This document shows, piece after piece, positions 25,201 through 39,899 of a DNA stretch of 64,000 bases. Each line of letters opens with the position of its first letter. The stretch's first letter is position 1. Both the position numbers and the translations under genes were made by a program. The stretch is from the human T2T-CHM13v2.0 reference genome, Homo sapiens. The notes beneath the pieces are model-generated. The model searched no databases. It was not told where the DNA came from and saw only the letters and a program-made list of their open reading frames with translations. The stretch lies in NCBI RefSeq assembly GCF_009914755.1, contig NC_060933.1; one strand, given 5' to 3'.

Positions 25201-28200
25201 GGGTTCAACTAGAATAGAATGGAAAGGAATGGAATCAACCCGAGTGGAATGGCATGGAAAGGAATGAAATGGAATGGAATAGAATGGAATGGAATGAAAT
25301 GGAATGGAATGGAATGGAATGAAATGGAATGGAATGGAATGGAATGGAATGGAATGGAATGGAATGGAATGGAATGCAATGCAATGGAATGGGATCAACC
25401 CGAGTGCAGGGGAATGGAATGGAATGGAATGCAATGGAATGGAGTCATCCGGAATGGAATGGAATGGAATGGAATGCAATGGAATGGAATCAATCAACCC
25501 GAGTGCAATAGAATGCAGTGGAAAGGAATGGAATGGAATGGAAAGTACCCGAATGGAATGGAATGAAATGGAGTGTAAGGGAATTAAAAAGAATCAATCC
25601 GAATGTAATGGAATGGAATGCAACGGAATGGAATGGAATGGAATGGATTGGAATGGAATGGAATGGAATGAAATGGAATGGCATGGAATGGAATGGAATC
25701 AACCCGAGTGCAATGGAATGGAATCGAATGGAATGGAATGGAATGGAATGGATTCAACCCGAATGGAATGGAAAGGAATGGAATAAACCCGAGAGAAATT
25801 GCATGGAAGGGAATGGAATGGAATGGAATGGTACGGAATAGAATGGAATGGAAAGAAATGGAATGGAATCGAATGGAATGGAATGGAATGGAATGGAATG
25901 GAATAGAATGGAATGAACCCGTGTGAAATGGAATGGAATGGAATGGAATGGAATGGAATGGAATGGGTTCAACTCGAATAGAATGGAAAGGAATGGAATC
26001 AACCCGAGTGGAATGGCATGGAAAGGAATGAAATGGAATGGAATGGAATGGAATGGAATGAAATGGAATGGAATGGAATGGAATGAAATGGAATGGAATG
26101 GAATGGAATGGAATGAAATGGAATCGAATGGAATGGAATGAAATGGAATGGAATGGAATGGAATGGAATGGAATGGAATGGAATCAACCCGAGTGCAATG
26201 TAATGGAATTGAATGGAATGGAATGGAATGGAATGGAATGGAATGGAATGGATTCAACCCGAATGGAATGGAAAGGAATGGAATAAACCCGAGTGGAATG
26301 GCATGGAATGGAGTGTAATGGGATGGAATGGAATGGAATGGTGCGGAAGAGAATGGAATGGAACGAAATGGAATGGAATGGAATTGAATGGAATGGAAGG
26401 GAGTGGAATGGAATGGAATGAACCCGTGTGCAATGGAATGGAATGGAACGGAATGGAATGGAATGGAATGGAATGGATTCAACCCGAATGGAATGGAAAG
26501 GAATGGAATCAACCCGAGTGGAATGGCATGGAATGGAGTGGAATGGAATGGAATGGAATGGTACGGAATAGAATGGAATGGAACGAAAAGGAATGGAATG
26601 GAATGGAATGGAATCAACCTGAGTGCAATGGAATGGAGTGGAATGGAGTGTAATGGAATGGAAACAACCCGAATGGAATAGAACGTAATGGAGTGTAAGG
26701 GAATTGAGTACAATCAATCCGAATGTAATGGAATGGAATGTAACGGAATGGAATGGAATGGAATGGAATGGATTGCAGTGGAATGGAATCATACCTAGTG
26801 CAATGGAATGGAATGGAATGGAATGGAATGGAATGAAATGGATTGGATTCAACCCAAATGGAATGGAAAGCAATGGAATCAACCCGAGTGGAATGGCATG
26901 GAATGGAATGGAATGAAATGGAATGGAATGGAATGGTATGGAATAGAATGGAATGGAACGAAATGGAATGGAATGGAATGGAATGGAACGGAATGGAATG
27001 GAATCAACTCGATTGCAATGTAATGTAATGTAATGGAATGGAATGGAATTAACGCGAATAGAATGGAACAGATTGGAATGGAATGGAATGGAATGGAATC
27101 AATCTGAGTGCAGGGGAATGGAATGGAATGGAATGCAATGGAATGGAATGGAATGGAATGCAATGGAATCAACTCGATTGCAATGGGATGGAATGGAATG
27201 GAATGGAATGGAATTAACCTGCACAGAATGGAATGGAATGGAAAGGAACGGAACGAAATGGAATGGAATGGAATGGAATGGAATGGAACGGAATGGAATG
27301 GAATGGAATGGATTGGAATGGAATGGAATGGAATGAAATGGAATGGCATGGAATGGAATGGAATCAACCCGAGTGCAATGGAATGGAATCGAATGGAATA
27401 GAATGGAATGGAATGGATTCAACCCGAATGGAATGGAAAGGAATGGAATAAACCCGAGTGAAATGGCATGGAAGGGAATGGAATGGAATGGAATGGTACG
27501 GAATAGAATGGAATGGAACGAAATGGAATGGAATGGAATGGAATGGAATGGGTTCAACTCGAATAGAATGGAAAGGAATGGAATCAACCCGAGTGGAATG
27601 GCATGGAACGGAATGAAATGGAATGGAATGGAATGGAATGGAATGAAATGGAATGGAATGGAATGGAATGGAATGGAAGGGAATTGAATGCAATGGAATG
27701 GAATGGAATGGAATTAACCCGAATAGAATGGAATGGAATGGAATGGAATGGAATGGAATGGAATCAACTCGATTTCAATGGAATGGAATGGAAAGGAATG
27801 GAATGGAATGAAAGGGAATGGAATGGAATGGAATGAAATTAACCCTAATAGAATGGAATGGAATGGAATGGAATGGAATGGAATGGAATGGAATAGAATG
27901 GAATCCACCCGAATGCAGGGGAATGGAATGGAATGGAATGCAATGGAATGGAATCATACGGAATGGAATGGAATAGAATGGAATGGATTCAACCCGAATG
28001 GAATGGAACGGAATGGAATCAACCCGACAGGAATGACATGGAATGGAGTGGAATGGAATGGAATGGAATGGTTCGGAATAGAATGGAATGGAAAGAAATG
28101 GAATGGAATGGAATGGAATGGAATGGAATCAACCTGAGTGCAATGGAATGGAGTGGAATGGAATGTAATGGAATGGAAACAACTCGAATGGAATAGAATG

Positions 28201-31200
28201 TAATGGAGTGTAAGGGAATTGAGTACAATCAATTCGAATGTAATGGAATGGAATGGAACGGAATGGAATGGAATGGAATGGAATGGAATGGAATGCAGTG
28301 GAATGGAATCATACCTAGTGCAATGGAATGGAATGGAATGGAATGGATTGGATTCAACCCAAATGGAATGGAAAGCAATGGAATCAACCCGAGTGGAATG
28401 GCATGGAATGGAATGGAATGAAATGGAATGGAATGGAATGGTACGGAATAGAATGGAATGGAACGAAATGGAATGGAATGGAATGGAATGGAATTAACCT
28501 GAACAGAATGGAATGGAATGGAATGGAACGGAACGTAACGGAATGGAATGGAATGGAATGGAATGGAATGGAATGGAATGGAATGCAATGCAATGCAATG
28601 GGATCAACCCGAGTGCAGGGGAATGGAATGGAATGGAATGCAATGGAATGGACTCATCTGGAATGGAATGGAATGGAATGGAATGTAACGGAATGGAATC
28701 AATCAACCCGAGTGCAATAGAATGCAGTGGAAAGGAATGGAATGGAATGGAAAGTACCCGAATGGAATGGAATGAAATGGAGTGTAAGGGAATTAAAAAG
28801 AATCAATCCGAATGTAATGGAATGGAATGGAACGGAATGGAATGGAATGAAATGGATTGGAATTGAATGGAATGGAATGAAATGGAATGGCATGGAATGG
28901 AATGGAATCAACCCGAGTGCAATGGAATGGAATCGAATGGAATGGAATGGAATGGAATGGATTCAACCCGAATGGAATGGAAAGGAATGGAATAAACCCG
29001 AGTGAAATTGCATGGAAGGGAATGGAATGGAATGGAATGGTACGGAATAGAATGGAATGGAAAGAAATAGAATGGAATGGAATGGAATGGAATGGAATGG
29101 AATAGAATGGAATGAACCCGTGTGAAATGGAATGGAATGGAATGGAATGGAATGGAATGGGTTCAACTCGAATAGAATGGAAAGGAATGGAATCAACCCG
29201 AGTGGAATGGCATGGAACGGAATGAAATGGAATGGAATGGAATGGAATGGAATGGAATGGAATGGAATGGAATGGAATGGAATGAAACGGAATGGAATGG
29301 AATGGAAAGGAATGGAATAGAATGGAATGGAATGGAATGCAATGCAATGGAATGGGATCAACCCGAGTGCAGGGGAATGGAATGGAATGAAATGCAATGG
29401 AATGGAGTCATCCGGAATGGAATGGAATGGAATGGAATGCAATGGAATGGAATCAATCAACCCGAGTGCAATAGAATGCAGTGGAAAGGAATGGAATGGA
29501 ATGGAAAGTACCCGAATGGAATGGAATGAAATGGAGTGTAAGGGAATTAAAAAGAATCAATCCGAATGTAATGGAATGGAATGGAACGGAATGGAATGGG
29601 TTCAACTCGAATAGAATGGAAAGGAATGGAATCAACCCGAGTGGAATGGCATGGAACGGAATGAAATGGAATGGAATGGAATGGAATGGAATGAAATGGA
29701 ATGAAATGGAATGGAATGGAATGGAATGGAATGGAATGGAATGGAATCAACCCGAGTGCAATGTAATGCAATTGAATGGAATGGAATGGAATGGAATGGA
29801 ATAGAATGGAATGGATTCAACCCGAATGGAATGGAAAGGAATGGAATAAACCCGAGTGGAATGGTTTGGAATGGAGTGGAATGGAATGGAATGGAATGGA
29901 AAGGTGCGGAAGAGAATGGAATGGAACGAAATGGAATGGAATGGAATTGAATGGATGGAATGGAATGGAATGGAATGAACCCGTGTGCAATGGAATGGAA
30001 TGGAATGGAATGGAATGGAATGGAATGGAATGTGTTCAACTCGAATAGAATGGAAAGGAATGGAATCAACCCGAGTGGAATGGCATGGAACGGAAGGAAA
30101 TGGAATGGAATGGAATGGAATGGAATGAAATGGAATGGAATGGAATGGAATGGAATGGAATGGAATGGAATGGAAGGGAATGGAATGGAATGGAATGGAA
30201 TGGAATTAACCCGAATAGAATGGAATGGAATGGAATGGAATGGAATGGAATGGAATGGAATGGAATCAACTCGATTTCAATGGAATGGAATGGAAAGGAA
30301 TGGACTGGAATGAAAGGGAATGGAATGGATTGGAATGAAATTAACCCTAATAGAATGGAATGGAATGGAATGGAATCGAATGGAATGGAATGGAATAGAA
30401 TGGAATCCACCCGAGTGCAGGGGAATGGAATGGAATGGAATGCAATGGAATGGAATCATACGGAATGGAATGGAATGGAATGGAATGGATTCAACCCGAA
30501 TGGAATGGAACGGAATGGAATCAAACCGACTGGAATGTCATGGAATGGAGTGGAATGGAATGGAATGGCATGGTTCGGAATAGAATGGAATGGAACGAAA
30601 TGGAATGGAATGGAATGGAATGGAATGGAATCAACCTGAGTGCAATGGAATGGAGTGGAATGGAATGTAATGGAATGGAAACAACTCGAATGGAATAGAA
30701 TGTAATGGAGTGTAAGGGAATTGAGTACAATCAATCCGAATGTAATGGAATGGAATGGAACGGAATGGAATGGAATGGAATGCAGTGGAATGGAATCATA
30801 CCTAGTGCAATGGAATGGAATGGAATGGAATGGAATGGAATGGAATGGAATGGAATGGAATGGATTGGATTCAACCCAAATGGAATGGAAAGCAATGGAA
30901 TCAACCCGAGTGGAATGGCATGGAATGGAATGGAATGAAATGGAATGGAATGGAATGGTACGGAATAGAATGGAATGGAACGAAATGGAATGGAATGGCA
31001 TGGAATGGAACGGAATGCAATGGAATCAACTCGATTGCAATGTAATGTAATGGAATGGAATGGAATGGAATTAACGCGAAGAGAATGGAACAGAATGGAA
31101 TGGAATGGAATGGAATGGAATCAATCTGAGTGCAGGGGAATGGAATGGAATGGAATGCAATGGAATGGAATGGAATGGAATGCAATTGAATCAACTCGAT

Positions 31201-34200
31201 TGCAGTGTGATGGAATGGAATGGAATGGAATGGAATTAACCTGAACAGAATGGAATGGAATGGAATGGAACGGAACGTAATGGAATGGAATGGAATGGAA
31301 TGGAATGGAATGGAATGCAATGCAATGCAATGGAATGGGATCAACCCGAGTGCAGGGGAATGGAATGGAATGGAATGCAATGGAATGGAGTCATCCGGAA
31401 TGGAATGGAATGGAATGGAATGCAATGGAATGGAATCAATCAACCCGAGTGCAATAGAATGCAGTGGAAAGAATGGAACGGAATGGAAAGTACACGAATG
31501 GAATGGAATGAAATGGAGTGTAAGGGAATTAAAAAGAATCAATCCGAATGTAATGGAATGGAACGGAATGGAATGGAATGGAATGGATTGGAATGGAATG
31601 GAATGGAATGAAATGGAATGGCATGGAATGGAATGGAATCAACCCGAGTGCAATGGAATGGAATCGAATGGAATGGAATGGAATGGAATGGATTCAACCC
31701 GAATGGAATGGAAAGGAATGGAATAAACCCGAGTGAAATTGCATGGAAGGGAATGGAATGGAATGGAATGGTACGGAATAGAATGGAATGGAAAGAAATG
31801 GAATGGAATGGAGTGGAATGGAATGGAATGGAATAGAATGGAATGAACCCGTGTGCAATGGAATGGAATGGAATGGAATGGAATGGAATTGAATGGGTTC
31901 AACTCGAATAGAATGGAAAGGAATGGAATCAACCCGAGTGGAATGGCATGGAAAGGAATGAAATGGAATGGAATGGAATGGAATGGAATGGAATGGAATC
32001 AATCTGAGTGCAGGGGAATGGAATGGAATGGAATGGAATGGAATGGAATGGAATGGAATGGAATGCAATGGAATCAACTCGATTGAAATGGGATGGAATG
32101 GAATGGACTGGAATGGAAGGGAATGGAATGGAATGGAATTAACCTGAACAGAATGGAATGGACTGGAATGGAATGGAATGGAACGGAACGTAATGGAACG
32201 GAACGGAATGGAATGGAATGGAATGGAATGGAATGCAATGCAATGGAATGGGATCAACCCGAGTGCACGGGAATGGAATGGAATGGAATGCAATGGAATG
32301 GAGTCATCCGGAATGGAATGGAATGGAATGGAATGCAATGGAAAGGAATCAATCAACGCGAGTGCAATAGAATGCAGTGGAAAGGAATTGAATAGATTGG
32401 AAAGTACCCGAATGGAATGGAATGGAATGGAATGGAATGGAATGGAATGGAATCAACTCGATTTCAATGGAATGGAATGGAAAGGAATGGAATGGAATGA
32501 AAGGGAATGGAATGGAATGGAATGAAATTAACCCGAATAGAATGGAATGGAAAGGAATGGAATGGAATGGAATGGAATGTAATGGAATCGAATGGAATCC
32601 ACCCGAGTGCAGGGGAATGGAATGGAATGGAATGCAATGGAATGGAATGCAATGGAATGGAACGGAATGGAATGGAATGGAATGGAATGGAATGGAATGG
32701 ATTCAACCCGAATGGAATGGAAAGGAATGGAATCAACCAGAGTAGAATGGCATGGAATGGAGTGGAATGGAATGGAATGGAATGGAATGGAATCAACCTG
32801 AGTGCAATGGAATGGAGTGGAATGGAATGTAATGGAATGGAAACAACCCGAATGGAATAGAATGTAATGCAGTGTAAGGGAATTGAGTACAATCAATCCG
32901 AATGTAATGGAATGGAATGGAACGGAATGGAATGGAATGGAATGGAATGGAATGCAGTGGAATGGAATCATACCTAGTGCAATGGAATGGAATGGAATGG
33001 AATGGAATGGAATGGAATGGAACGGAATGGAATCAATCTGAGTGCAGGGGAATGGAATGGAATGGAATGCAATGGAATGGAATGGAATGGAATGCAATGG
33101 AATCAACTCGATTGCAATGGGATGGAATGGAATGGAATGGAATGGAATTAACCTGAACAGAATGGAATGGAATGGAATGGAACGGAAAGTAATGGAATGG
33201 AATGGAATGGAATGGAATGGAATGCAATGCAATGGAAAGGGATCAACCCGAGTGCAGGGGAATGGAATGGAATGGAATGCAATGGAATGGAGTCATCCGG
33301 CATGGAATGGAATGGAATGGAAAGCAATGGAATGGAATCAATCAACCCGAGTGCAATAGAATGCAGTGGAAAGGAATGGAATGGAATGGAAAGTACCCGA
33401 ATGTAATGGAATGAAATGGAGTGTAAGGGAATGAAAAAGAATCAATCCGAATGTAATGGAATGGAATGGAAAGGAATGGAATGGAATGGAATGGATTGGA
33501 ATGGAATGGAATGGAATGAAATGGAATGGCATGGAATGGAATGAAATCAACCCGAGTACAATGGAATGGAATCGAATGGAATGGAATGGAATGGAATGGA
33601 TTCAACCCGAATGGAATAGAAAGGAATGGAATACACCCGAGTGAAATTGCATGGAAGGGAATGGAATGGAATGGAATGGTACGGAATAGAATGGAATGGA
33701 ACGAAATGGAATGGAATGGAATGGAATAGAATGGAATGGAATGAAATGAAATGGAATGGAATGGAATGGAATGAAATGGAATGGAATGGAATGGAATGGA
33801 ATGGAATCAACCCGAGTGCAATGTAATGGAATTGATTGGAATGGAATGGAATGGAATGGAATTGAATGGAATGGAATGGATTCAACCCGAATGGAATGGA
33901 AAGGAATGGAATAAACCCGAGTGGAATGGCATGGAATGGAATGGAATGGAATGGAATGGTACGGAATAGAATGGAATGGAACGAAATGGAATGGAATGGA
34001 ATTGAATGGAGTGGAATGGAATGGAATGGAGTGGAATGGAATGGAATGGAATGGTGCGGAAGAGAATGGAATGGAACGAAATGGAATGGAATGGAATTGA
34101 ATGGAATGGAATGGAATGGTATGGAATGGAATGAACCCGTGTGCAATGGAATGGAATGGAATGGAATGGAATGGAATGGAATGGAATGGAATGGATTCAA

Positions 34201-37200
34201 CTCGAATGGAATGGAAGGGAATGGAATCAACCCCAGTGGAATGGCATGGAATGGAATGGAATGGAATGGAATGGAATGGAATGGAATGGAATGGAATGGT
34301 ATGGAATAGAATGGAATGGAATGAAATGGAATGGAATGGAATGGAATGGAATGGAATGGAATGGAATGGAATGGAATGGAATGGAATGGATTGGATTCAA
34401 CCCAAATGGAATGGAAAGCAATGGAATCAACCCGAATGGAATGGCATGGAATGGAATGGAATGAAATGGAACGGAATGGAATGGTACGGAATAGAATGGA
34501 ATGGAACCAAATGGAATGGAATGGAATGGAATGGAACGGAATGGAATGGAATCAACTCGATTGCAATGTAATGTAATGGAATGGAATGGAATGGAATTAA
34601 CGCGAATAGAATGGAACGGAATGGAATGGAATGGAATGGAATGGAATGGAATCAACTCGATTGAAATGGAATGGAATGGAATGGAATGGAATGGAATTAA
34701 CCCTAATAAAATGGAATGGAATGGAATGGAATGGAAGGGAATGGAATGGAATGGAATGGAATGGAATGGAATTAACCCGATTAGAATGGAATGGAATGGA
34801 ATGGAATGGAATGAAATGGAATGGAATGGAATGGAATCAACTCGATTTCAATGGAATGGAATGGAAAGGAATGGAATGGAATGAAAGGGAATGGAATGGA
34901 ATGGAATGAAATTCAACCGAATAGAATGGAATGGAATGGAATGGAATGGAATGGCATGGAATAGAATGGAATCCACCCGAGTGCAGGGGAATGGAATGGA
35001 ATGGAATGGAATGGAATGGAATGGAATGCAATGGAATGGAATCATACGGAATGGAATGGATACAACCCGAATGGAATGGAAAGGAATGGAATCAACCCGA
35101 GTGGAATGGCATGGAATGGAGTGGAATGGAATGGAATGGAATGGTACGGAATAGAATGGAAAGGAACGAAAAGGAATGGAATGGAATGGAATGGAATGGA
35201 ATGGAATGTAATGCAATCAACCTGAGTGCAATGGAATGGAGTGGAATGGAATGTAATGGAATGGAAACAACCCGAATGGAATAGAATGTAATGGAGTGTA
35301 AGGGAATTGAGTACAATCAATCCGAATGTAATGGAATGGAATGGAACGGAATGGAATGGAGTGGAATGGAATGGAATGCAAAGGAATCTAATCATACCTA
35401 GTGCAATGGAATGGAATGGAATGGAATGGAATGGAATGGAATGGATTGGATTCAACCCAAATGGAATGGAAAGCAATGGAATCAACCCGAATGGAATGGC
35501 ATGGAATGGAATGGAATGAAATGGAACGGAATGGAATGGTACGGAATAGAATGGAATGGAACCAAATGGAATGGAATGGAATGGAATGGAACGGAATGGA
35601 ATGGAATCAACTCGATTGCAATGTAATGTAATGGAATGGAATGGAATGGAATTAACGCGAATAGAATGGAACGGAATGGAATGGAATGGAATGGAATGGA
35701 ATGGAATCAACTCGATTGAAATGGAATGGAATGGAATGGAATGGAATGGAATTAACCCTAATAAAATGGAATGGAATGGAATGGAATGGAAGGGAATGGA
35801 ATGGAATGGAATGGAATGGAATGGAATTAACCCGATTAGAATGGAATGGAATGGAATGGAATGGAATGAAATGGAATGGAATGGAATGGAATCAACTCGA
35901 TTTCAATGGAACGGAATGGAAAGGAATGGAATGGAATGAAAGGGAATGGAATGGAATGGAATGAAATTCAACCGAATAGAATGGAATGGAATGGAATGGA
36001 ATGGAATGGCATGGAATAGAATGGAATCCACCCGAGTGCAGGGGAATGGAATGGAATGGAATGGAATGGAATGGAATGGAATGCAATGGAATGGAATCAT
36101 ACGGAATGGAATGGAATGGAATGGAATGGATACAACCCGAATGGAATGGAAAGGAATGGAATCAACCCGAGTGGAATGGCATGGAATGGAGTGGAATGGA
36201 ATGGAATGGAATGGTACGGAATAGAATGGAAAGGAACGAAAAGGAATGGAATGGAATGGAATGGAATGGAATGTAATGCAATCAACCTGAGTGCAATGGA
36301 ATGGAGTGGAATGGAATGTAATGGAATGGAAACAACCCGAATGGAATAGAATGTAATGGAGTGTAAGGGAATTGAGTACAATCAATCCGAATGTAATGGA
36401 ATGGAATGGAACGGAATGGAATGGAGTGGAATGGAATGGAATGCAAAGGAATCTAATCATACCTAGTGCAATGGAATGGAATGGAATGGAATGGAATGGA
36501 ATGGAATGGATTGGATTCAACCCAAATGGAATGGAAAGCAATGGAATCAACCCGAGTGGAATGGCATGGAATGGAATGGAATGAAATGGAATGGAATGGA
36601 ATGGTACGGAATAGAATGGAATGGAACGAAATTTAATGGAATGGAATGGAATGGAACTGAATGGAATGGAATCAACTCGATTGCAATGTAATGTAATGGA
36701 ATGGAATGGAATGGAATTAACGCGAATAGAATGGAACAGAATGGAATGGAATGGAATGGAATGGAATCAATCTGAGTGCAGGGGAATGGAATGGAATGGA
36801 ATGCAATGGAATGGAATGGAATGGAATGCAATGGAATCAACTCGATTGCAATGGGATGGAATGGAATGGAATGGAATGGAATTAACCTGAACAGAATGGA
36901 ATGGAATGGAATGGAACGGAACGTAATGGAATGGAATGGAATGGAATGCAATGCAATGGAATGGGATCAACCCGAGTGCAGGGGAATGGAATGGAATGGA
37001 ATGCAATGGAATGGAGTCATCCGGAATGGAATGGAATGGAATGGAATGCAACGGAATGGAATCAATCAACTCGAGTGCAATAGAATGCAGTGGAAAGGAA
37101 TGGAATGGAATGGAAAGTACCCGAATGGAATGGAATGAAATGGAGTGTAAGGAAATTAAAAAGAATCAATCCGAATGTAATGAAATGGAATGGAACGGAA

Positions 37201-37700
37201 TGGAATGGAATGGAATGGATTGGAATGGAATGGAATGGAATGAAATGGAATGGCATGGAATGGAATGGAATCAACCCGAGTGCAATGGAATGGAATCGAA
37301 TGGAATGGAATGGAATGGAATGGATTCAACCCGAATGGAATGGAAAGGAATGGAATAAACCCGAGTGAAATGGCATGGAAGGAAATGGAATGGAATGGAA
37401 TGGTACGGAATAGAATGGAATGGAACGAACTGGAATGGAATGGAATGGAATGGAATGGAATGGAATGGAATAGAATGGAATGAACCCGTGTGCAATGGAA
37501 TGGAATGGAATGGAATGGAATGGAATGCAATGGGTTCAACTCGAATAGAATGGAAAGGAATGGAATCAACCCGAGTGGAATGGCATGGAACAGAATGAAA
37601 TGGAATGGAATGGAATGGAATGGAATGAAATGGAATGGAATGGAATGGAATGGAATGAAATGGAATGGAATGGAATGGAATGGAATCAACCCGAGTGCAA
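19255..37700 (+). repeat. Copy 2 (~18.4 kb) of the large tandem duplication: X' ~19255-21360, Y' ~23660-28060, Z' ~33020-37700 plus intervening B-type sequence
   Basis: Same markers as copy 1 in the same order. Segments ~21360-23660 and ~28060-33020 have no counterpart in copy 1. Confidence 0.88.
34400..36520 (+). repeat. Near-identical ~1.06 kb tandem duplication
   Basis: GGAACCAAAT 34503/35558, CCTAATAAA 34702/35757, GATACAACC 35059/36129, ATCTAATCATACC 35386/36451. Single-copy in the paralogous block (~16900-17990). Confidence 0.9.
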
Positions 37701-39899
37701 TGGGATGGAATGGAATGGAATGGAATGGAATGGAATGGAATGGAATGGAATGGATTCAACCCGAATGGAATGGAAAGGAATGGAATAAACCCGAGTGGAA
37801 TGGCATGGAATGGAGAGGAATGGAATGGAATGGAATGGAATGTTGCGGAAGAGATTGGAATGGAACGAAATGGAATGGAATGGAATTGAATGGAATGGAA
37901 TGGAATGGAATAGAATGAACCCGTGTGCAATGGAATGGAATGGAATGGAATGGAATGGAATGGAATGGAATGGAATGGATTCAACTCGAATGGAATGGAA
38001 AGGAATGGAATCAACCCCACTGGAATGACATGGAATGGAATGGAATCAACCCGAGTGCAGGGTAATGGAATGGAATGGAAGGCAGTGGAATGGAATCATC
38101 CGGAATTGAATGCAATGGAATGGAATGGAATGGAATGGAATGGAATGGAATGGAATGGAATGGAATCAACTCGACTGAAATGGAATGGAATGGAATGGAA
38201 TGGAATGGAATGGAATGGAATGGAATGGAATTAACCCTAATAGAATAGAATGGAATGCAATGGAATGGAATGGAATGGAATGGAATGGAATGGAATGGAA
38301 TGGAATGGAATGGAATGGAATGGAATTAACGTGAATAGAATGGAATGGAATGGAATGGAATGGAATGGAATGGAATGGAATTAACCCTAATAGAATGGAA
38401 TGGAATGGAAGGGAATGCAATGGAATGGAATGGAATGGAATTTACCCGAATAGAATGGAATGGAATGGAATGGAATGGAATGGAATGGAATGGAATGGAA
38501 TGGAAAGGAATGCAATGCAATCAACTCGATTTCAATGGAATGGAATGGAAAGGAATGGAATGGAATGAAAGGGAATGGAATGGAATGGAATGAAATTAAC
38601 CCGAATAGAATGGAATGCAATGGAATGGAATGGAATGGAATGGAATGGAATGGAATGGAATGGAATAGAATGGAATCCACCCGAGTGCAGGGGAATGGAA
38701 TGGAATAGAATGCAATGGAATTTTATCATACGGAATGGAATGGAATGGAATGGAATGGAATTAACCCGATTGCAATGGAATGGAGTGGAATGGAATGGAA
38801 CAGAATGGAAACAACCCGAATGGAATGGAATGTAATGGAGTGTAAGGGAATTGAATAGAGTCAATACGAATGTAATGGAATGGAATGGAACGGAATTGAA
38901 TGCAATGGAATGGAATGGAATGCAATGGAATGGGATCAACCCGAGTGCAATGGAATGGAATCGAAAGGAATGGAATGGAATGGAATGGTTTCAACCCGAA
39001 TGGAATGGAAAGGCATGGAATCAACCCGAGTGGAATGGAATGGAATGGAATGGAATGGAATGGAATGGAATGCAGTGGAATGGAATAAAACCTAGTGCAA
39101 TGGAATGGAATGGAATGGAATGGAATGGAATGGATTGGATTGTATTCAACCCAAATGGAATAGAAAGCAATGGAATCAACCCGAGTGGAATGGCATGTAA
39201 TGGAATGGAATGGAATGGAATGGAATGGAATGGAATGGAATGGTACGGAATAGAATGGAATGGAACGGAATGGAACGGAATGGAATGGAATCAACTCGAT
39301 TGCAAAGGAATGTAATGTAATGGAATGGAATGGAATTAACGCGAATAGAATGGAATGGAATGGAATGGAACGGAATGGAATGGAATGGAATGGAATGGAA
39401 TCAGTCTGTGTACAGGGGAATGGAATGGAATGGAATGCAATAGAATGGAATGGAATGGAATGCAATGGAATGGAATGGAATGGAATGCAATGGAATCAAC
39501 GCGATTGCAATGGGATGGAATGGAATGGAATGGAATGGAAGGGAATGGAATGGAATGCAATTAACCTGAACAGAATGGAATGGAATTGAATGGAACGGAA
39601 TGGAATGGAATGGAATGGAATGGAAAGCAATGGAATGGGATCAACCCGAGTGCAGGGGAATGGAATGGAATAGAATGCAATGGAATGGAATCATCCGGAA
39701 TAGAATAGAATGGAATGGAATGCAATGGAATGGAATCAATCAACCCGAGTGCAATAGAATGCATTGGAATGGAATGGAATGGAATGGAAAGTACCCCAAT
39801 GGAATGGAATGGAATGGAGTGTAAGGGAAATAAAAAGAATCAATCCGAATGTAATGGAATGGAATGGAACGGAAAGGAATGGAATGGAATTGAATGGAA

